Under the pieces are notes generated by a model. It was not told the origin of the DNA. It saw nothing but the letters and a program-made list of their open reading frames with translations, and did not search any database. This document shows, piece by piece, positions 23,203 through 33,773 of a DNA stretch of 64,000 bases (positions are counted from its first letter, which is position 1; every line of letters starts with the position of its first letter). The position numbers and the translations under genes were made by a program. Source of the DNA: Isurus oxyrinchus (taxonomy: Eukaryota); NCBI GenBank assembly GCA_026770705.1, contig JANJGN010000002.1, positions 74,462,001-74,526,000 on the forward strand, given 5' to 3'.

Positions 23203-25151
23203 ACATCTTCTTAACTTTCCTAAACCTGCAGCTATGTCTTGGTGGTCCCCAGGCATCCATAGCAGAAGTGCTGACTGCTACACCCTGTTGTCTGTGATGA
23301 CCTTGGTGGACGTCCTTTGGAGGGCAAAAACCTGGAGGGCCCCGGCCTTAGGGGTCCTGCAGTGTGGCACCCTCCTTGGCCTGTGGAGCTGGAGCTCCTG
23401 GGGTCACAGGAAGAGGAGATTCGGAAGGGGCTGAACGCTCCAGGCATCACCTGGCTCGATGGGGATACACCTGCTGACCCTTCTCTCTATGGATGCCTGA
23501 GGGCCCCTGGCTGACTTCTTGAGGAGAAGGGGTAGCTGGAGTGAGAATGAGCCGACTGCACCCCTCTTACATCAGCGATGGGGTTCAGCAACATTCTGGA
23601 TCAGGGTCTCCATGGCAGCCGCCATCCTTTTTTAAAAATTCATTCATGGGGTGTGGGCATCACTGGCTAGGCCAACATTTACTGCCCATCCCTAACTGCC
23701 CATCAGCTGAGGATTTAAGAGTCAACCACATTGTTGTGGGCCTGGAGTCACATGTAGGCCAGACCAGGTATGGATGGAAGATTTCCTTCCCTAAAGGACA
23801 TTAGTGAACCAAATGGCTTTTTATGACAATGGTTTCATGGTCATCAGATTTATAATTCCAGATTTTAATTTATTCAAATTTTGCCATCTGCCATGGTGGG
23901 ATTTGAACCTGGGTCCCCAGGGGATTACCCCTGGGTCTCTGAAATACTCATTCAACGACAATGCCACTATGCCACCACCTACCCCTAGTGTTGACCTCGG
24001 TGCGTTGCAATGCCGGTGCAAACACCTAACCTGAAAGTGGATGGACTCCTCCATTGTGCCTTGCAATCTGAGGAGTGCAGCCAACAACCCTTCCTGATGT
24101 TTCCTAGGTTGCCTTTGCAGCTCCAGCAACTGTGACATGACCAAGTCCAGAGGCTTGTCATCTGACTCAGGCTCAACAAATTACTGACCTCCAGCAGTTT
24201 CCAAATGCCGGAAATCTGAGAAGTCCCTGCCCCGGCCTGCTGTGGATCAGACTGTGTGATGTGCTCACCAGACTGTGGCCCCGAGGTTGCTCTAAAGCTA
24301 GGTGCCACCGAGGTGTGCGACTCTGCGCTGGTGGAGGGTGTGGGTGAGTGCTGTGATGAGTCTTCCGGAAGGGTTTCAGCGGCTTCCTCTTCTGAGCTTC
24401 CCTCAGGGCATAATTGGAGGCCCTGTGGACTCTCTTAGCTGTTTCCCAGATGTGCCTGTGAAAGCAAGGCAAGATAATTAGTGCATGGCAGTGGGCTGTG
24501 AAACAGGACATATCATTCACGGCACAATTGTCTGATGGATGTTGTACTGCTGGATCCTCACTTGGCAGAGCAACAGCGACCTCCGGATCCAGATCCTCGC
24601 CACCAGCTGGATGGCTCTGTTTTCAAAGTCCGTGAGGACCTTGAATTCAGGCATTCCTCCACTGGTCCGTGATCTCTCCCTCTTGTTGTGTGCCAGCTTG
24701 TCCTGCATGATTAGAGATGGAGAGAGTGTAAACAGGATGCCTTCCAAGCCAGTTGATAAGATGCATGGCAAGTGTGGGTGGTGGGTGGCCCCACGGACAG
24801 GATGAGGACAATGAAGGTGTGTGAGAGAGTGAATGATGATGTTCCTTGAACTGGCAGTGCGTGAGGGCCCTGTAGATGTGTGATGGGTTTGAGAATGAAA
24901 ATTGAGAGTGATAAGAAGAGTGACTTACCTCGGCAGAACGGAAGAGATTATTCATCTTCTTTCGGCACTGAGTGGCTGTCCTTTTTTGCAGGACATTGGG
25001 GCTGAACACCACAGCCACCGCCTTCCAAGCAGGGTTGATGATGTTGCTGCCCATCACAGCAGGCCTCCACTGTGTCCAAAAGGCACACGAGGGACGCATC
25101 ATTGAACCTGGGGGCTACAGTCTTCATGCCTTTCAGAGCCATGTCTTCCAT
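23201..25151 (-). pseudogene. Harbinger Myb/SANT-like gene, exons 25151-24929, 24702-24562, 24455-23201
   Basis: APRFNDASLVCLLDTVEA, AWKAVAV..KRTATQCRKKMNNL, DKLAHNKRERSRTSGG; canonical GT-AG introns; ends RKVKKM*. Confidence 0.85.
23628..23985 (-). mobile_element. Full-length tRNA SINE inserted in Harbinger B; tail shared with LINE at 5291
   Basis: Head ggtggcatagtgg..ggttcaaatcccacc; same core as 20479; tail gggatgggcagtaaatgttggcctagccagtgatgcccac. Confidence 0.9.
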
Positions 25152-25389
25152 GCAGCAGTCCTGAGCTGGAAACAAGTGTGCACACGGCTGCGCTTTAAGT
25201 ATGGCGCTCGGCAGGATGACGATGTGGTGGGTGAACGACAGCCCACCCACCACGGAAACAGTGTGTTTCCCGGAAATGCGGCAGGTTTGGGATGATACGG
25301 CATGAGAACCTGCCATTGCAGCCTACAGGTAAAATGTCATTTTACCTGCCCGCAACCACATTTATTGCAAATCTGGGACGATTCCGCCA

Positions 25390-26755
25390 ATCCCCCCCCC
25401 CAATCTCTACCAAGAATTGGTGGACAATTAAACAACTAATAGGAAATGGGGGCTTCAGAAACATTCCTATTCTCAATAATGGCTGAGGCCAGCACTCAAG
25501 CAAAAGAGAAGGCTGAAAAATTCACAACCATCTTCAGCCAGAAGTGCCAAGTGAATGATCCATCTCTTGCCTCCTTCTAGGATCCTTATCATAACAGACA
25601 TAAATCTTCAGCTAAAATAAAAGCAAACTACTGCAGATGCTGGAAATCTGAAATCAAAACAAAGTGCTGGAAGTACTCAGTGAGCCTGACAGCATCTTTG
25701 AAGAGGGAAACAGTTGACATTTTGAATCTAATCTGACTCTACGTCAGAACTTGTGCTGAAGAACAACTTATTCTTCAGAACAAGAGTCATATTTAACTCA
25801 AAACACCAAGCTTCAGCTGACTGATACATTCCACATGATAAAGAATTGGCTGAGTGACCTGGACCCCTACAATATCCTAGGTGTAGTGCTGAAAACTTGT
25901 ACTCTAGAACTAGTCACATTTCCAGCCACCAGCCTCAATCCATCAAAATGGAAAATTGCCCCAGGTATATTCTGTGCACAAAATGCATGAATCAATTTTG
26001 GCCAATTTTCACCCCAACAGCCTATTCTTAATCGCTAGCAAAATAATGAACAGTGTTGTCAACAGTGCGTCTGAGCAGCAATTACCACTAACCTGCTCAG
26101 CAAGGCTCAGTTTGAGTTCCCACTGGACCACTTGGCTCCAGACCTTATTATGTCCTTGGTCCAAACATGCACAAAAGAGCAGAATTCCAGAAGCCAAGGT
26201 AAGAGTGATTGCCCTTGCCATCAAGGAGCATGTGACCAATTGTGGCATCCAGAAGCCCTAGTAAAATTGAAATCAATGAGAATTGGGGGAAAACTCTCCA
26301 CTGACTGGAGTCATACCTTGCACAAAGGAAGATGGTTGTAGTTATTGGGCCAATCATCTCAGCCCCAGGGTATCACTGCAGGAGTTCCTGAAGGCAGTGT
26401 CCTAGCTCCAACTATGTTCAGCTGCTTCAATGGCCTTCCCTCCATCATAAGGTCAAAAGTGCAATGTTCCCTGTTGATTGTACGCTGTTCAGTACCATAC
26501 ATAATTGTTCACATAATGAAGTTAGCCCAAGCCTTGCTGCTTTGGGCATGGGACAAGAGGAAAGTAATGTTTGTGCGTCAAGTGCCAGGCAATGACTAGC
26601 TTCGACAAGTGAGTCTAACCACTTCCCCTTGACATTCAATGAAGTTATCATCGTCAAACACCCTGCCGTCCACATCTTGAGGGTCACTATTGATCAGAAA
26701 CTTAATGGAAACAGCCTTATGCAAATTGTGACTACAAGATATAATACTAAATATC
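25390..26755 (+). mobile_element. CR1/L2-group LINE, same family as 5291-8045
   Basis: WWTIKQLIGNGGFRNIPILNNG, GVPEGSVLAPTMFSCFNGLPS. Confidence 0.85.
25614..25810. mobile_element. Palindromic PLE derivative with 8-bp TSD cttcagct
   Basis: pLTR motif gatgctggaaatctgaaa; cttcagct at 25606-25613 and 25811-25818. Confidence 0.8.
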
Positions 26756-26949
26756 CCTGGATACAAGGTGTCCAGGGAATCTAGGGAATGAAATAAAAGA
26801 AATGGGTGGCAGTTTTGATTAAAAATTAATATTAAAGTGCTAGAGTTAGAGGCTGTCCGAGAGGTGTCAAGAACAGAACTACTTGGTTGCAACTAAAAAA
26901 CAACAGTAATACCATTACACTACTGGGTGTATTTCATAGACTGTCATTC

Positions 26950-27535
26950 AATAAGACCAAAGCTGATCTGAGTGTAGCTTTAACTCCCCTTTCCTGCCGC
27001 AAACTCCAAAATCCTCGACTCCCTTGTAGATCAAAAATCTAACTCAGCCATGAATACATTCAATGACCCAGCCTCATGCTCACTGGGTAGAGAATTCCAA
27101 AGATTAAGACCCTCTGAAAGAAAAATTCCTCCTTCCTTAAATGGGAGACCCCTTATTTTGAAACTGTGCCCCCTAGTTCTGGATTCCACCACAAAGGGGA
27201 ACATTCTCTCAGCATCTACCCTGTCAAGAAATCTCAGAATCTTACTTGTTTCAATAAAATTACCTCTCATTCTTCTACACTCCAAGGAGTCCAGTCCCAA
27301 CCTGCTCAACCTTCCCTCATAAGACAACCACTTCATCCCAGGAATCAAACTCGTGAACCTTCTCTGTATTGTCTGCAATGCAAGTCTGTCCCTCTAAGTA
27401 AAGAGACCAAAACTGTATGCAATAATCTAGGTGCATCTCACCTATGCCATGTACTATTACAACAGGACCTCACCTACTTCTGTACTCTGTCTCCCTTGTA
27501 ATAAAGGCTAACACTCAATTTACCTTCTTAATTAC
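26950..27535 (-). mobile_element. CR1 LINE 3' fragment
   Basis: QRRFTSLIPGMKWLSYEGRLSRLGL..ESRTRGHSFKIRG. Confidence 0.9.
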
Positions 27536-27536
27536 T

Positions 27537-28650
27537 GGCCAATCAGTCTAACATCAGTGGTGGGGAAGCTTTTAGAGATGATACTCAGAAACAAAATTTT
27601 CACTTAAAAAATTCTGGGTTAATAAATGAAAGCCTGCAGGGGTTTGTTAAAGACGTATTGTATATGTCAAACATGATTGAGTTTGTTGAAGTAATGGAAA
27701 GGATTGATGAAGGTAGTGTAGCTGATGTAGTGTATTTGGACTTCAAAGGGCATTTGATTAAGTACCACATGGAAGACTTGTTAGTAAAATTGAGGCCCAT
27801 GGGCTTCAAAGGGAAGTGGTGGCATGGGTTAAAAAGTTGGCTAAGCGACAGAAAGCAGAAAGCAGTGGTGAAAGGTTGTTTTTCAGACTGGAAGGAAGTG
27901 TACAGTGGTGTCCCACAGGGGTCGAACACAGACTGGTGAAATGGGTTGAAACTTGGCAGATGGCATTTAATGCATTTTGGAAGAATGAAACTAAATGGTA
28001 CAATTTTAAAGGGAATGCAGAAACAGAGACACCTTATATTTTATATACACAAATCTTTGAAGGGGCAGAACAAGCTGTTTCTAAAAAAATATGAGACCCC
28101 TATCTTTATAAACAGTGGCATAGCATTCAAAAGCAAGGAAGTTATGCTAAACCTTTATAAATCAATGATTAAATTGCCACTGGAATATTTTGTCCAGTTT
28201 TGAATATCACACTTGGGCAGGATGTCAAGGCCTTAGAGAAAGAGTGCAGAAGAGAATCAGTATAATGGTGCTAGGGGTGTGGAACTTCAGTTATGGGAAA
28301 GACTATAGATGCTGGGAGTGCTCATAATAGAAGAGAAGGTTAAGGGAGGATTTAATAGAGGTGTTCAAAATTTTGTAAAATCAAAATCAAAATAAGGTGA
28401 TAATTATTTACAATAGTAAAGAAGTCAGTGACCACCTGACCAGAGGCAGAAGAACCAGAGCAAAGATCAGGGGAATGCAACGAGTTATGATCCGGAATAG
28501 ATTACCTGAATAAGTGGTGGAAGCAGATTCAACACTACCTTTCAAAATAGAATTGGGTGCATCTTTGAAGCGAAAAGGGGAGGAGAATGTGACTAATTGG
28601 AGAACTCTTTCAAAGAACCGTCGCAGTCTTAATGGACCGAATCCTCCTAT
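27537..28650 (+). mobile_element. CR1 LINE RT fragment
   Basis: DEGSVADVVYLDF, WLSDRKQKAVVKGCFSDWKEVYSGVPQGS, FKSKEVMLNLYKS. Confidence 0.9.
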
Positions 28651-29184
28651 GCTGAACCAATTTAAACCTCTCCCTCCAAATCTGGTCCAGATATATATCT
28701 ATGTACTTCTATTTTTGAATGCAAAATCCTTTTATTCTTTCCAGGCTTTTGGCGCGACATTATATGATAGAGTTTAGCCCTGTTTCTTCTTTAAGCAGTT
28801 ACAGTATACTGTGCTAGTTTTAGAATCTGTTCCTTTGGTAATGCTGCCAAACAGCAATTGATTTTTAAATGAGGGGATGATTTATATTTGGGTTAGAGAC
28901 TGTAATGTAAGTTTTAGGTTACACATGCTTTCTACCAAATTTTCATTGAAACATTGTGTAGAGATTCTCCGTGAAGATTTATAATATAAACCTGATGTCA
29001 AGTTGTTTGTTTTGAAAAGGTGGCTCAGATATTTGAACCCTTCCTTCCATAAGTCTGCCGTTGAGAATGCTATTGGCTTTTGTTATGCAATTTTTATTAT
29101 AAATGATTTATCAATACCCTAAATGAAAGTTGGTATAGACTGCCAGTGAAGTTCTTTTCAATCACTCTATCGCAAGCCTAACCC

Positions 29185-29545
29185 AAAATATTTTCTCCCC
29201 ATTTTCCCCTACTTTCCTCAAGTTGGTTTACGGTTCAGTATTGCATTACGTTTCTATGGGTACCTCTTCAGGCTTTTCAACTGCAAGGGTCAGCCACTAT
29301 ATTGCAGCCCAATTCTCTTGTTGCTTGGTGATGGCACATGATCACTTTCCAGCAGGGACATTGGAAAGTGATCAGACGTAGGGGACGGATTCATTTCTTA
29401 ATCCTACCTATTCCTGGGGAGCTGAATGCAAATATATTGCTTAGATGGCTGTTCAAGCCAAAAACTGATCAAGAATCAAAATGGAAATTTCTTTATTCCT
29501 ATGACTCAGTATCACACATTATAGTACATTCACCCACTGAGTTAA
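29185..29545 (-). mobile_element. Old SINE-like element (third family; relatives at 43790-43940 and 45990-46105)
   Basis: Shared motif gatcact(t/a)tccagcag and head-end motif tatg(a/g)(c/t)tcagtat. Confidence 0.5.
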
Positions 29546-29602
29546 TACCACACTATGTGTAGCATTAACTCCTAAGCCACTGTAGAAATCTAACTTAAAT
29601 TA

Positions 29603-30328
29603 TATCACAGAATTTTAATGGCACAGAAGTAGGCCATTTGGTCCATCGTGTGTGCACCAGCTCTCCAAATGACCATTATGACCTGGTGCCATTTCCCTGC
29701 CTTTTCCTCGTACCCCTGCACATTTTTTGAATTTAAATAAATAATGCCCTCCTGAATCCCTCAATTGAACCTGCCTCCACCACACTTCCAGGCAGTACAT
29801 TCCAGACCCAAACCACTCGCTGTGTGAAAAAGTTTTTTCAATAAAATTACCTCTCATTCTACTAAACTCCAAGGAGTCCAGTCCCAACCTGCTCAACCTT
29901 CCCTCATAAGACAACCCCTTCATCCCAGGAATCAAACTAGTGAACCTTCTCTGTATTGTCTGCAATGCAAGTCTGTCCCTCTAAGTAAAGAGACCAAAAC
30001 TGTATGCAATAATCTAGGTGCATCTCACCTATGTCACTTTTGCTTCTTTTGCAAATCATTTTAAATCTGTGCTCTCTAGTTCTTGATCCTTTAATGAGCG
30101 GGAACAGCTACTCCCTATCTACTCTGTCCAGCCTTCTCGTGATTTTGAGCACCTCTATCAAATCTCCCCTTAGCTGCCTTCTCTCCTAGGAGAACGGTCC
30201 CAACCTCTCCAATCTATCTTCATAGCTGAAATTTCTCATCCCTGGAACCATTCAAGTAAACCTCTTCTACACTCTCTCCAATGTGTTCACATCCTTCCTA
30301 TAGTGCAGTGCTCAGAACCGTACATATG
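29603..30328 (-). mobile_element. CR1 LINE 3' fragment containing a 198-bp templated insertion
   Basis: CR1 3' UTR (atcacagaat tail) and RT end; 29836-30033 duplicates 27249-27446. Confidence 0.88.
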
Positions 30329-30396
30329 AGGGTCCAAATAAATTCCTAAGAATTCAGTATGTCTGCCAAATAATTCTGCCATGCTTAGTCCTACTA

Positions 30397-30749
30397 CAGG
30401 TCAAGTATCCTTTATCTGAAAGTCTTGGGGCCGATTGCATTTTGGATTTCAGATCATTTTGGTTTTCAAATACCGCATATAAACTTACATTACAATAGCC
30501 TAAGCCTAGGCTTGCTATAGTCTAAAGTAAATAAAATGGCTAGAAAAGTAAGATGTATCAGTGAATAATAAATACAAGTTACTTGTAATGAGTTTCTTTT
30601 TGACATGTTCACTACAAAAATTGCAAGGTAAAAAGAGTGCAGACAAACAACTAGACTTTCCGTGCTAAAGGTAAATGAAGTTCAAAAAAAAAGTGTGGTT
30701 TTTGGGTGTGCTTGGTTTTCGGACTTACAGATAAAGGATACTCAACCAG
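30397..30749. mobile_element. Tc1/mariner-pogo (Tigger-type) MITE
   Basis: TA TSD on both sides; 28-bp TIRs CAGGTCAAGTATCCTTTATCTGAAAGTC / CTGGTTGAGTATCCTTTATCTGTAAGTC. Confidence 0.9.
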
Positions 30750-32746
30750 TATCTGTAAGGTACTGAGTCCTATTAAAAGAGTTGGAAACCGTTCCTGAAA
30801 CTTCCCAACTTTAGTGGGATTTTTACTCAACCAAGTAGATAAGATAGGATCCAATTTGTGTTTCTCCCCCCCTCAAAAAACCTCCTGTGCTTGCACACTC
30901 AGAAAATTAAAAACAATAACCTAACACATTTCCAATTATAGCAGGTATGACAGGTCAAATGGCTGCCTTCTGTATTATATGTCTGGCAATGTTCCTCTCC
31001 AATAAGATCAAGCATAACCACCTCCCTAAGACATTCAACGGCATTTCTATCATCCCAGTCCCAATATCGACATTGTGAGCCTCATCATTGACTAACAGAT
31101 AATGGGGCTTGCCCTGGTCAGTTGAGCCCTGAAATGGCAATTGCAAAAAATTACTCTTCTAAAAGCTTACATAAACAGCCAGCTGGAGGAGTTTATCAAT
31201 TCCCTCAATGTGAATTCCCAGTAACCGGCAGAGTCATCATAGAAGGTTCAAGATCTGAAAATAGATCAGTACTAAATTACTTGGCCTGAAGCAGAGCTAC
31301 GGGGAAAAAAATATCACACTGGCATAGAGACAGGTGCTCTTCTGGGCCTGGAGGTAAGAAAGGATTGAGGCACAGTTGGAGTGTTTAACCCATATACAGT
31401 GCTTGCTGTGAACAGAGCATGTAAAATGAAAAAAATGCATAGACATCCTGATCTTGAGCACAAGGGCAAAAATGTAAATTTATACAAATAGTCAAATTCA
31501 CAGCAGCAGTCAGGACCAAGTGTAGCCTTCAGATTAAGAAGGGTGGGAAATAACTGAACCAAGCCACATGAGTGTAATTTTGTGGGTATTTTAAAGACTT
31601 GCATTGTTATTTTTCTTCAGATTTCCATCCTGTCATACTTATAATGGAAATTGCCTATGTAAACTTGCCATGCTGTAATCACATCCTGTTTTTTGTGTTG
31701 CCATGGAGTGTGAAGAGAACATGAGCAGGAGATGGAATGAGAACTAATGAGGAAGGAGGGAGAAGACATGGAGAGTGAGAGGGAGGGAAAAAGAGAACAG
31801 GAGTAGAAAGAATGGAAATTCAGGGGAAGCAAGAAAAGCAGAGGGGCTAGAGTGCAGGAAGGAGAAGATTTGAATCTAGCATGCTCTAGTAATGTTTGAC
31901 ACTTCTCAATAATACATTATTAATCAATTTATTAAATCAATATGTTCCATTTTTTGTATTAGTATTCACACCCAAACCTTAAAAAAGCTGATTAAAAGAT
32001 TCAGAGTGTGAGATATGAAGTTATATTAAAAAAAAGGAACATCTTTTGAATGGTGAGAGACTGGGAAATGTTGGTAGCCAGTAGGACCCGGGTGTCCTTT
32101 TACATGAAACCAAACTTGCACTGCCTGGAACAATACACAAAAGTCCCTTACACAGATTTCAGTGTCAGAGACTTGGTTTAAGTAGTGTATAAGGGCTTAC
32201 AAAAGACATTTGATAAAGTACCACATGATAGGCCTTTTAGCACAATTGAAGGAAATGGGATTAAAGGGACAATAGCAGCTTAGATACACAATTGGCTCAG
32301 AGAGCCAAAAGAGAGGGTAGTGTTGAATGCATGTTACTCAGACTGGAGGAAATATACAGTAGTGTCATTTCCCAAGAGTCAATATTAGGACCTATTCATT
32401 AGACTGAATATTAATGACCTTGAGTTGGGTAGAAATGACAAAAATAATGTAGCAAAGAGTGAGCAGGTTAGTAACAGACTTCAGGAGGACAACTGTTGAA
32501 ATGCTGAGACACATGAAATGTAATGCAGTGAAGTGTGAAGTGCATTTCTTGGAGGGAAGAAGTTGAAGAGGCAATATAAACCAAACAGCACAAATTTTAC
32601 AGAGGGTGCAGAGGCAGAAAGGCCAGGGGTGGTGGGGGGCTGGGGAGGGCTGTGGTTCACATACACAAATCTTTCAAGTAGCAGGACAAGTTGATATGGC
32701 TGTTAAAAAAGCATGTGGGCTCCTGGGCTTTATAAATAGAGATATA

Positions 32747-33461
32747 GGCCAGGATTTTTAGGGAACACATCCCCGCCAACGCTGCCTGCCCCACAGGCAC
32801 TTAGGCTCCAAAGAGCATTAATTGGCTGAAGGCGGGACATCCACGGCACACTCGGAAGGAAGACCCGCCTTAGAGACCTGCTGGCCACTCAGATTGGCCA
32901 GCAGTTCTCTAGCCTGTGCAGCACCAGAACTGCACTGGGTAGGGCTGGGACTACTAGCGGTCAGAGTCTAAGTCCTGGGATTCCAGGAACAGGTACATTT
33001 TGGGGGTCTCAAGGTGGCAAGAGTAGGAGAGACGTGTAGGGTGTGAATAGAAGAGCATTGGGGTGTCGGCAGAGAGGGGATTGGGGTTTCGGCAGAGTGG
33101 GGAGGGAGGTCCTGAAGTTACTGGACCTTCAAGGGGGGTGGTGGGCGATGATAGAGGGATTCCCACCCCACTTCCCGTTCCCACCCAACTTCCCAACTGA
33201 GCCCTGAACCAGATTTATTTTTGAGCTTCCCCCATATCCCAGAACTCCTCCTGCCAGCCTGTAATTTTCATGGGTGGGAAAAGGCCCCCAAGCAATCAAT
33301 AATTGGTCACGTAAGGGCCTCAATTGGGGCAAGGGCGGGCAGGCCGCCCATCCCAGCGTGAAATTGGTCGAGCAGGCAACCCAGCAGGCAGCCCATCCAA
33401 GGAATTTTACATTCATTCACCACCTACAAACCTACCAGCGCGGGAGCATAAAACTCTGCCC
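32747..33461. mobile_element. Harbinger-type MITE with 3-bp TSD ATA
   Basis: TIRs GGCCAGGATTTT / GGGCAGAGTTTT(rc); ata at 32744-32746 and 33462-33464; CR1 frame resumes exactly. Confidence 0.9.
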
Positions 33462-33609
33462 ATAGAGTATAAAAGCAAGGAAACTATGTTAAACCTTTAT
33501 AAATCATTGGTTAGATGGTGTTTCCAATTCTGGGCACTATACTTTAGGATATTAAAACCTTGGAATTGATTGAAAGGAGATTCATTAGAGGGAAACTAGG
33601 AAGGAGAGT

Positions 33610-33773
33610 CAAAAGCCAAGTACTGTAGATGCTGAAATCAGAAATAAAAATAGAAAATATTGAAAAATCTCAGCATAATACTGTACTGGCAAAGGTCATT
33701 GACCTGAAATGTTAATTCTGTTTCTCTCTCCAGATACTGCTCGACATGCTGAGAATTTTCAACATTTTCTGTT
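33610..33773. mobile_element. Old palindromic PLE derivative with hammerhead remnant
   Basis: agaaaatattgaaaaatctcagcat / atgctgagaattttcaacattttct inverted arms; aaggtcattgacctgaaatgttaa. Confidence 0.8.

Larger units (their letters stand above)
21170..25389. mobile_element. PIF/Harbinger transposon B: transposase remnant (+) and convergent Myb/SANT gene (-)
   Basis: Termini gggcagatacatcc and gggacgattccgcc; both ends homologous to elements A and C. Confidence 0.88.
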
